Positions 1 through 6,449 of a stretch of 64,000 nucleotides of DNA are shown in pieces (position 1 is the stretch's first letter; every line of letters starts with the position of its first letter). Source of the DNA: an uncultured virus (IMG/VR IMGVR_UViG_3300025759_000075) (Duplodnaviria > Heunggongvirae > Uroviricota > Caudoviricetes); the IMG/VR virus record IMGVR_UViG_3300025759_000075, positions 1 through 64,000 of that record, one strand, 5' to 3'. The notes beneath the pieces were generated by a model. That model made no database searches. It saw only the letters and a list, made by a program, of their open reading frames with translations, and had not been told where the DNA came from. Both the position numbers and the translations under genes were made by a program.

Positions 1-388
1 TATTGCCGGAAAGACCCGCGTGTCGCCAGCACATACGAAAAGTATAAGGACCGCTAATGATCCTGCTACCTTACCCTGCGCCGCCCCTGTGGCCGAACAA
101 GCGCGCCCATTGGGCCAAGAAAGCCCGAGAGACAAAGAAGCATCGTGCATGGGCGCATGGGGCCGCACTGGCGGCAAAGCCCTCCGCTGACGGGGAGCCC
201 ATTCCGGTGCGAATCACGCTTTACCCAAAACCCAAAGGGCCAGCACCGGACAAAGACAACGTTGTTGCCAGCGCAAAGGCTTATCTCGATGGGATAGCTG
301 AAGCGATGGGAGTCAATGATCGTGCGTTCGCCTCGCCAATTGTTCGCATATCGGGAGAGCGCCTTAGCCAGATGGGGATTGAAATTGG
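1..388 (+). repeat. Direct repeat of 40124-40511 (first 127 bp identical, scattered substitutions after that)
   Basis: Base-by-base comparison: 1-127 = 40124-40250; first mismatch is a128 vs c40251. Confidence 0.97.
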
Positions 389-395
389 CAAATAA
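57..395 (+). CDS. rusA: RusA-family Holliday junction resolvase
   Basis: LPYP..PN N-terminus and PDKDN...AYLDGIA..MGVND catalytic pattern. Confidence 0.75.
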   Translation: MILLPYPAPPLWPNKRAHWAKKARETKKHRAWAHGAALAAKPSADGEPIPVRITLYPKPKGPAPDKDNVVASAKAYLDGIAEAMGVNDRAFASPIVRISGERLSQMGIEIGK

Positions 396-535
396 CCCTA
401 AATTATGCGCGCACCATCAAACTCGGCGTCATGGGTTCTTTCACTCTGCCTGTACGAATTGCGGGGCGCTGTTTGTTGTGGTTCGCAAAGATCAGGTTGA
501 CGCTGCTTTTAGGCGCGTATTGTTGGGGAAATGAG

Positions 536-1141
536 ATGCAGCCCTACGATCCAGTTTTGACAGTGATAGCCAACGAGGCCCGCGTGCGTACTCCGCATGT
601 CTTTCACCTGATACACGCCATGAAGGCCGGTAAGTTCCACCAGGCTGCGTTCGCGCAATTCACAGGGCTAGAGGAACGCCATGTCGAACGGATGCTAGAG
701 GCAATCGAAAAACACGGCGTGGAGATTAAGGCGAAGCGTCAGCAGACGACACGGGGGCACCGCCTGCCCGATGACTGGACCTTGCCACAGGAATGGCGCG
801 ACTGGGCAATCAAGGAACGCAAGTGGGAGCCTTCTGTGGTATTGGAAGAAGCCGCGAACTTTGCCGATTACTGGCATGGCGTATCCGGCACGAAAGGCAC
901 GAAACTGGACTGGCAGGCAACGTGGCGCAATTGGGTTCGCAATTCCCGGCGCGCCACTGGCGATTATGTGCCAGTAGAGCAGCGCCAGACAGCGGAGGGC
1001 TGGGTAGCGTATTGCGAGCAGCAGCTACAGCGGTGCAAGGAAAAGAACTATCGTCAGGGCATCGAGGAATGGACTGCGAAGCTGAACGCGGCGCGCGATA
1101 AGGTAGCTGCCAATGTTCTGCCATTCCGGCGCGAAGCCTAA
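536..1141 (+). CDS. Replication-associated protein with DnaT-like C-terminal domain
   Basis: RLPDDW..P, FADYW and KLDWQATWRNWVRN motifs typical of phage replication initiator C-termini; same domain type in 41027-41764. Confidence 0.6.
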   Translation: MQPYDPVLTVIANEARVRTPHVFHLIHAMKAGKFHQAAFAQFTGLEERHVERMLEAIEKHGVEIKAKRQQTTRGHRLPDDWTLPQEWRDWAIKERKWEPSVVLEEAANFADYWHGVSGTKGTKLDWQATWRNWVRNSRRATGDYVPVEQRQTAEGWVAYCEQQLQRCKEKNYRQGIEEWTAKLNAARDKVAANVLPFRREA

Positions 1142-1162
1142 ATTATTTTTTCTCCTGTCATT

Positions 1163-1197
1163 TTCCACTTTACAAGGTGGAATATCCACTACATAAA
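1163..1197 (+). promoter_or_regulatory. Sigma70-like promoter with palindromic operator
   Basis: TTTACA 1169-1174, 17-bp spacer, CATAAA; perfect GTGGA-ATA-TCCAC at 1177-1189. Confidence 0.6.
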
Positions 1198-1222
1198 GGG
1201 GACATAGACAAGGAGATACGAA

Positions 1223-1378
1223 ATGACGGTTCAGTTTCAGATCAACGGCCAGACCCGCATCGGCAAAGTCATTGCGCGTGGGTATGGGAAAGTTGATTCG
1301 CCAGAGTCGTTTGAGGTTGAAGTCAACAAATACGGCTTCACCAAGTGGATCCCCGTCAAGGACTGCAAGGTCATCTAA
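1223..1378 (+). CDS. Small hypothetical protein (51 aa, MTVQFQINGQ...)
   Basis: AAGGAG SD upstream; TAATG coupling to next gene; below ORF-track size cutoff. Confidence 0.7.
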   Translation: MTVQFQINGQTRIGKVIARGYGKVDSPESFEVEVNKYGFTKWIPVKDCKVI

Positions 1379-1560
1379 TGGATAGGGAATTCTGGGCCGC
1401 TCCCATTGGTGACAACCGATTGAGCGGCCTGCTCTCCGAACTTTGGGAGGCAATCGAGGACTGCGACGATCCCGACCGCCTTTATCGATTTCATCGCCGC
1501 TTAACGATGGGAATTGTGAACCATGCCAAACGCCGAGAAAATGAACTGCGAGACGTGTAG
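1378..1560 (+). CDS. Hypothetical protein
   Basis: Translational coupling with upstream stop. Confidence 0.55.
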   Translation: MDREFWAAPIGDNRLSGLLSELWEAIEDCDDPDRLYRFHRRLTMGIVNHAKRRENELRDV

Positions 1561-1957
1561 GGGTTGGGGTGTCAACGATATGACAGGACAAACTTGTCAG
1601 CACTGCAATGGAAAAGGAACTATTGAGCAATCCTCAAAGGTTGCCGTTGCTTCGTCACACTGGCGCAGCGGCAAAAGCCTTGATAGCCTCGGAGCCGATG
1701 GGCAGGAGGTCGCAACTGTCAATAATTCCTTGACGGTTCAAGTGCAAGACCGCCTTGAAGGCTTGCGGGAGTGGGTAGACGATAACTGCCCCGAAGGCGT
1801 GGCTGGTATTCCCGACGATGTGCGCTGGCTCTTGTCCTATGCCGAATCTGTAGCAGCCGCAGATCTGAAACAACGCCTAAGCGATGCGGTCACGCTGCTT
1901 TATACGCATGGCGTGATTACCGAAAAGATGCGCGCCCATGCTCGGCGCAACCTGTAA
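1523..1957 (+). CDS. Hypothetical protein with N-terminal CxxCxGxG zinc finger
   Basis: CETCRGWG...CQHCNGKG. Confidence 0.55.
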   Translation: MPNAEKMNCETCRGWGVNDMTGQTCQHCNGKGTIEQSSKVAVASSHWRSGKSLDSLGADGQEVATVNNSLTVQVQDRLEGLREWVDDNCPEGVAGIPDDVRWLLSYAESVAAADLKQRLSDAVTLLYTHGVITEKMRAHARRNL

Positions 1958-1980
1958 GCAATCGTTACAAGTTGGAAACT

Positions 1981-2133
1981 ATGACCGATTGGCGTGAACA
2001 CCTAACCCCCGAAGAGGCCAAGCGCCTCGACGATATCGAAACGGAAAAGCTGACCCTGCGCCGTGAACATCGCCGCATCTTTGATCGTGCGCGCAAGCGA
2101 GCAGTAAGGGGCTTGCAATCCAAATCAGGATAG
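1981..2133 (+). CDS. Small basic protein (50 aa, MTDWREHLTPEE...RRIFDRARKR), paralog of 3296-3460
   Basis: Hand translation; clear similarity to 3296-3460. Confidence 0.7.
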   Translation: MTDWREHLTPEEAKRLDDIETEKLTLRREHRRIFDRARKRAVRGLQSKSG

Positions 2134-2145
2134 CGCATAAAGTTT

Positions 2146-2610
2146 GGGCCGGAACGCTGGTGGAAGCGCCCGGCCCGATTGCTTTGAACAAGCCCCTTAT
2201 AGGCCCCGCAATCGGACAATGCAAGGTTCGAATTGGCGCTTGGCCTAATCCACCCAAAAAGCTGCCTTGATCGACCACGTGCGCCGAGTTTTTCCGGCAA
2301 AGTGCAATCGGTCACAACGTGTTGAGTGCCACGTAAAAGCGGCTCCAGGGGTTCTTTTGCCTGTGACAAGGGATGCCTCGGGTGTTTACCCCCGCACCGC
2401 CGATGCGTGAACCGCGCTAAGGCATGGCCGAACCACGTAATGCCGCTCGCAAGAGTGAAATCGAGGACGACGCTCTAAACGGTCGAGACTATCGCTGGCC
2501 ACGATCCCGGAAGGGCAAAAGGCAGGTTCGGAATAAACGAGGCTAAAGGTTCAGGTGATCCGTCGCTATCGGTAAGGTAGCACCTCGACGGGGGTATGGG
2601 CTATGTCCAA
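2146..2610 (+). ncRNA. Candidate large structured non-coding RNA or origin element
   Basis: No credible ORF; upstream TTGCAA-17-CATAAA; many nested helices and GNRA tetraloops. Confidence 0.5.
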
Positions 2611-2622
2611 AGGAGACGCAGA

Positions 2623-2844
2623 ATGGAAAAGAGACCAGTGCCGGCCCCCGGATACACAAAGATAAGCGGGCATCGATCACCTCCGAAAAGCATGGGCACA
2701 AACCTGTACGTGCAAATACGCGCTGGCCACTGCGACCCTACGCCATGGCCTGTAGCAACCACGCGGTGGAAATGGCAGAGAGATGAAGCAGGCAACGTGA
2801 TCGAACACGCGGGCGATGTGGTCGCGATTCGCCGGGCGGAATAA
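2623..2844 (+). CDS. Hypothetical protein (homolog of 42869-43135)
   Basis: AAGGAG SD; PAPG...QIR.G...HAGD(V/I)VA shared with the phage B copy. Confidence 0.7.
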   Translation: MEKRPVPAPGYTKISGHRSPPKSMGTNLYVQIRAGHCDPTPWPVATTRWKWQRDEAGNVIEHAGDVVAIRRAE

Positions 2845-2880
2845 TTGTCCGCTTGACATAGGTGGAAATCCGCTTATTGT
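2836..2880 (+). promoter_or_regulatory. Sigma70-like promoter with TCCRC/GYGGA operator half-sites
   Basis: TTGACA 2853-2858, TATTGT 2875-2880; GTGGAAATCCGC in the spacer, similar to 1177-1189. Confidence 0.65.
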
Positions 2881-2901
2881 GGCGGACAAGGAGAAAAAAA
2901 T

Positions 2902-3303
2902 ATGTCTTGGAATCTTTGGGATAAGGAAGCTGAGATTTCCACCATGCTCGGATGCGTGTTCGATAAAATCGAAGGTGCGGAAGATGGCTCGGATGAAATC
3001 AAGTTCTACGAAAATGGCGTAGAGCGCTTCCGTATGTATCACACACAGGATTGCTGCGAGCATGTCAGGCTTGAGGATACCGCTGGCGACATAGCGGATC
3101 TGATTGGCTCACCTATCCTCGAGGCGGAATGTGTCACAAACAGCGAAGACGATCCGCCTGAATATGCCGATAGCTGGACGTGGACGTTCTACAAGCTTGG
3201 CACCATCAAGGGCCATGTGACCTTGCGCTGGCTAGGTGAGAGTAACGGATACTACAGCGAAAGCGTAGATCTTGCGGACATGCAGAAGATCGGCAATGCC
3301 TGA
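2902..3303 (+). CDS. Conserved acidic phage protein of unknown function
   Basis: YH.QDCCE and WTFYKL.T.KG...RW.GESNGYYSESV motifs; strong SD. Confidence 0.75.
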   Translation: MSWNLWDKEAEISTMLGCVFDKIEGAEDGSDEIKFYENGVERFRMYHTQDCCEHVRLEDTAGDIADLIGSPILEAECVTNSEDDPPEYADSWTWTFYKLGTIKGHVTLRWLGESNGYYSESVDLADMQKIGNA

Positions 3304-3460
3304 TTGGCGCGACACATTGACCGAAGATGAGGCGCAAAGGCTGGAAGAGATACCAGCCGAACGGTATGCGCTTTCGGCGGAATATCGCAGGATATTTGAT
3401 CGGGCTCGCAAGCGGGCAGATCGCGGCAGAGTACGCAAGCACAGGGCGGAGAAGCAGTGA
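3296..3460 (+). CDS. Small basic protein, paralog of 1981-2133
   Basis: MPDWRDTLTEDEAQRL...RRIFDRARKR. Confidence 0.7.
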   Translation: MPDWRDTLTEDEAQRLEEIPAERYALSAEYRRIFDRARKRADRGRVRKHRAEKQ

Positions 3461-3462
3461 TG
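3424..3462 (+). repeat. 39-bp direct repeat, copy 1 (copy 2 at 4503-4541)
   Basis: CGGCAGAGTACGCAAGCACAGGGCGGAGAAGCAGTGATG identical at both sites. Confidence 0.95.
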
Positions 3463-3639
3463 GATGATGAAAAACTATGGACCCTGCGCGGTATATGGTC
3501 GCAGATGACCGCCGCTGAGCAAGACGTTGTTTTCATGCTCGCAGACCGCAAGTTCACTAAGTCTCGCAAGCGCGACCTGATTGCGCGCCTTGAACATCTG
3601 ATTGAGCAAATCGAATACGTGCAGGAGGGTGGGACATGA
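3457..3639 (+). CDS. Hypothetical protein
   Basis: Coupled start with GGAG SD in the linker repeat. Confidence 0.6.
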   Translation: MMDDEKLWTLRGIWSQMTAAEQDVVFMLADRKFTKSRKRDLIARLEHLIEQIEYVQEGGT

Positions 3640-3797
3640 GCCTCTACAGCGAACTTTCGTGGGCCGGCCCTAACTTCTACGGCCAGACGTTCACAGCCCA
3701 CCACTTCTACCACTGCGCAGCCCGTGACGAGCATATGCGCCTTGAACGCGCCAGAAGGATGGCGAGAGCGGCAGTCAGGAGTGTTAGGCATGGGTGA
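3636..3797 (+). CDS. Small hypothetical protein (MSLYSELSW...), near-identical to 45431-45592
   Basis: GGAGG SD, ATGA overlap, conserved in phage B. Confidence 0.65.
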   Translation: MSLYSELSWAGPNFYGQTFTAHHFYHCAARDEHMRLERARRMARAAVRSVRHG

Positions 3798-3843
3798 GCA
3801 ATTCAAGCGCGTCGAATAATTTTCGGGATGGTGCATTTTCCTC

Positions 3844-3903
3844 TTTACAAGGCGGAACAATGGCCCTAGAACGGACTTAACGAAACGGGGCACTGCCCCA
3901 CCA
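3844..3903 (+). promoter_or_regulatory. Promoter plus leader hairpin of HTH-terminated small-gene operon
   Basis: TTTACA-17-TAGAAC; GGGGCACTGCCCC hairpin at 3887-3899, matched at 44024-44036. Confidence 0.65.
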
Positions 3904-3920
3904 GACAAGGGAAATTGAAA

Positions 3921-4112
3921 ATGACTTACGGATGGACCACTACGAAGAACGAAGCAGGCTTCACTTGGGCCGTTACCGCAACCGAATGGAGTGAAGAACT
4001 CGGTCGCGGTGTTAGCAAAGTTCTCAAGTCTGGCACAGTCGCAACCCGTGCCAAGGCAGCAGGCGCCGCAAAGCGTTGGGTTCTCTTTTTTCGTCGCGGG
4101 GGCTCGATCTGA
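3921..4112 (+). CDS. Small hypothetical protein (candidate anti-defence)
   Basis: First gene after promoter; AAGGG SD. Confidence 0.65.
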   Translation: MTYGWTTTKNEAGFTWAVTATEWSEELGRGVSKVLKSGTVATRAKAAGAAKRWVLFFRRGGSI

Positions 4113-4327
4113 TGGCCACCTACAAGAACCCTTGGCACAAAGATGGGCGCCCAGAGTATGGGCCGCTTGATTATGTGACAGACGTAGAGCCCAAAGAATA
4201 CCGCGGGTATTTGATATATAATCGCAATCCAGTCGTCTGGGATGTGGTAAAAGACGGCGTGTGCGTAACGCAACTTGCAGGTTCTCGTGGCGCTCGTGAC
4301 GCAATCGACAGGATTTTAAGGAAATGA
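4112..4327 (+). CDS. Small hypothetical protein (candidate anti-defence)
   Basis: TGATG coupling; lies directly upstream of the HTH gene. Confidence 0.65.
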   Translation: MATYKNPWHKDGRPEYGPLDYVTDVEPKEYRGYLIYNRNPVVWDVVKDGVCVTQLAGSRGARDAIDRILRK

Positions 4328-4539
4328 CTCCCACAGAGTTCAAAGCAATCCGAAACGGTGCAGGGTATTCTCAAAATGCCCTCGCTGACCTCCTGCGCAT
4401 ATCTGATGGCAGAACCGTGCGCAGATGGGAGGATGGGTCCAGACCCGTCACAGGGCCTATTTCGATCCTCATGGAGGGCTTGAGGGATGGCTGGTTCCAT
4501 GACGGCAGAGTACGCAAGCACAGGGCGGAGAAGCAGTGA
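4324..4539 (+). CDS. XRE/Cro-family HTH regulator
   Basis: MTPTEFKAIR..AGYSQ..LA..L.ISD.RTVRRWEDG. Confidence 0.85.
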   Translation: MTPTEFKAIRNGAGYSQNALADLLRISDGRTVRRWEDGSRPVTGPISILMEGLRDGWFHDGRVRKHRAEKQ

Positions 4540-4724
4540 TGAGCAAGTCACCATTAGAGCACCTTCTTTCAGAGTTTACCGAATGGCCCGACAGCGAGCT
4601 TGTCCAGCTTTGTCTCGCACCGCCTCCCGGAGAGCACAAGGGCGGACCCGTTGTAGCTGCAACACTTGGCCAACTTCGCAGGAGCGTCTTGAAGGAGCAG
4701 CCCAGCATTGGAACTCACCCATGA
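4536..4724 (+). CDS. Hypothetical protein
   Basis: Starts in linker repeat copy 2; coupled to next gene. Confidence 0.5.
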   Translation: MMSKSPLEHLLSEFTEWPDSELVQLCLAPPPGEHKGGPVVAATLGQLRRSVLKEQPSIGTHP

Positions 4725-5014
4725 CTAAAACAATCGACCAAGAGGTGATCCAGGCGGATCGTGAGTTGGTTGATTGCATCATGTGCGATGATCCAGCCGC
4801 GCCTGACTTTGAGTACGCATACCGCGAGGTTGCAGCCCACCGCATGACAGAGCGCGCGGCAATCGTGGCGTGGTTGATAAGGCAGGCGGTCTATTACACC
4901 GAGATAGACGAAGGTTATCACGCTAACGCCGTTTCAGATGCCGCAGACGCTATCGAACGCGGCGGCCACATGGAGACAATCAAGCGCGTTCGAGCAGAAG
5001 GGGCGCAGGGATGA
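4721..5014 (+). CDS. Hypothetical protein (mosaic homolog of 45790-46125)
   Basis: Shared N-terminal half and DAIERG.H.ET with phage B. Confidence 0.65.
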   Translation: MTKTIDQEVIQADRELVDCIMCDDPAAPDFEYAYREVAAHRMTERAAIVAWLIRQAVYYTEIDEGYHANAVSDAADAIERGGHMETIKRVRAEGAQG

Positions 5015-5381
5015 GTGGCCTAATCTTGGGGAGTGGTATTGGAACGCGCGTCGTGGTTCGCGCGTCATAGGCTACAAACCCAAAGCCACCACCGAAGCAA
5101 AGCCCGACGACACCCGCCTCATGGCAATCATCGAACGCATAGCCTCTAACGGCGTAGCATCCATAACCGATGTCAGGGAGTGTGAGGCAATCGTGGCAGA
5201 GCGGAGGCCGGTTGATCCGTTGGTTGAGAGCGTAGCGGAACTGGTTCACGATGCCATGATGTGGGGCGTTGGATGCGGCGGGGAGCCTAGTAATTGGGCA
5301 GGCAAGAAAAGTCTCGGTGAGGAAATGGCGCGCGAATACGCCAAGGAAATTATCAAGAAACTCAAGATCGTAGAGGCATAA
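4938..5381 (+). CDS. Hypothetical protein, start uncertain; C-terminal part shared with 46122-46391
   Basis: ERIASNGVASITDVRECEAIVAERR...KIVEA conserved in phage B. Confidence 0.45.
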   Translation: MPQTLSNAAATWRQSSAFEQKGRRDEWPNLGEWYWNARRGSRVIGYKPKATTEAKPDDTRLMAIIERIASNGVASITDVRECEAIVAERRPVDPLVESVAELVHDAMMWGVGCGGEPSNWAGKKSLGEEMAREYAKEIIKKLKIVEA

Positions 5382-5383
5382 CA

Positions 5384-5878
5384 ATGACCGAGATAGACTG
5401 GAACGCACCGCTTGAGGCCGTGCATGATGATGGCAGGGTTGTTAGTGTAACTAAAAGTCGCGGTTGGGAGTGTGCCGATGCCGATGGTGAGTATCGTTTA
5501 GACGGAATCCCTGAAAGCATGTATGCTCCGTATTTCAGCAGTACCGGGCGCGGTGACGATCCTTCGTGGCAAATCCGCAACCGCACCACAAAGCCCGCCA
5601 ATGCGCCTTCGCCGGAGTTCATGCAGTCGGTAAAGGCATTGGCCAAAGGTGCGCTAATGCAGTGGTCGAGCGGAGTGTATCACGATCACGCAAAAGCCAT
5701 CCTCGCAGAACTAGAGCCTAAGCCCGATGCTTTGGATGAAGAGTTCGATAAGTGGATTGAAGGCTACTGCGGCAAGTTCGATCCAGAAGAAACAAACATA
5801 CGCTTTACGGCAAACGAAATGCGTAAAGCATTCAAGGGCGGTTCCGCAATCAAGCGCGTTAGAGCGGAGAAGGGGTGA
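5384..5878 (+). CDS. Segmentally mosaic hypothetical protein (homolog of 46394-46888)
   Basis: Four conserved islands separated by unrelated segments. Confidence 0.7.
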   Translation: MTEIDWNAPLEAVHDDGRVVSVTKSRGWECADADGEYRLDGIPESMYAPYFSSTGRGDDPSWQIRNRTTKPANAPSPEFMQSVKALAKGALMQWSSGVYHDHAKAILAELEPKPDALDEEFDKWIEGYCGKFDPEETNIRFTANEMRKAFKGGSAIKRVRAEKG

Positions 5879-6081
5879 TGGGTGACTATGAAGCCGTACC
5901 GTGCCAGAGACCTGCGGGCCTTAGCGATAGCGATGTTATCATAACCCACGAATACACGCGAGGATGGGGAAGCTGTTGCTACAAGCGCAAGGTGGCCGAC
6001 ATTGATTGGTCTTTGGTGTTTGGCATTCATCGCGCACCCATAACCCAAACCCCACTTGCCCACAAAGGCAATACAGGCTAG
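5875..6081 (+). CDS. Hypothetical protein
   Basis: Coupled start in linker sequence. Confidence 0.45.
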   Translation: MMGDYEAVPCQRPAGLSDSDVIITHEYTRGWGSCCYKRKVADIDWSLVFGIHRAPITQTPLAHKGNTG

Positions 6082-6084
6082 ATA
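6056..6084 (+). promoter_or_regulatory. Putative late promoter upstream of terS
   Basis: TTGCCC-17-TAGATA, identical boxes at 47103-47131 in phage B. Confidence 0.65.
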
Positions 6085-6143
6085 GGGCAGTATGGCTTCG
6101 ACCCCTAAAATCCTGCACATGATTTTTTTCAAAGGAAATCAAG

Positions 6144-6449
6144 ATGGCGCACGGGGGTAAGCGTCCCGGTGCCGGTAGGCCTAAAGGGGCTAAGGACAAG
6201 CTGACACGCGAAGCGGGTGCTAGCCTTGCTGAGATAGCGCGGGAACACACGGAATCCGCCATAGAGACACTTGTGCAGATTGCGGTTTCTGGTGAGAGCG
6301 AGGCTGCTAGGGTGAGTGCAGCAAACGCGCTGCTTGATCGTGGTTACGGTAGGGCTCCACAGTCAATCGAACACACGGGCGAGGTCGCATTCAGCAAAGC
6401 CACTGAACTGTCAGACGACGAACTGGCAAAGCTGGCAACCGGGCGGTGA
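6144..6449 (+). CDS. terS: Terminase small subunit
   Basis: GGKRPGAGRPKG motif; ARVSAANALLDRGYG; directly before terL. Confidence 0.85.
   Translation: MAHGGKRPGAGRPKGAKDKLTREAGASLAEIAREHTESAIETLVQIAVSGESEAARVSAANALLDRGYGRAPQSIEHTGEVAFSKATELSDDELAKLATGR

Noticed and set aside
2540..2552. 13-mer AGGCTAAAGGTTC shared with the phage B initiator repeat region (41349-41361)
   Set aside because: Matches of this length are expected by chance within 64 kb
2480..2610. GAGACTA and CTATGTCC resembling group I intron R/S (P7) elements
   Set aside because: Pairing is imperfect, no interrupted host gene or splice sites seen; not enough to call an intron
3252..4343. 363-aa minus-strand ORF
   Set aside because: Overlaps several well-supported plus-strand genes and a promoter; composition not protein-like
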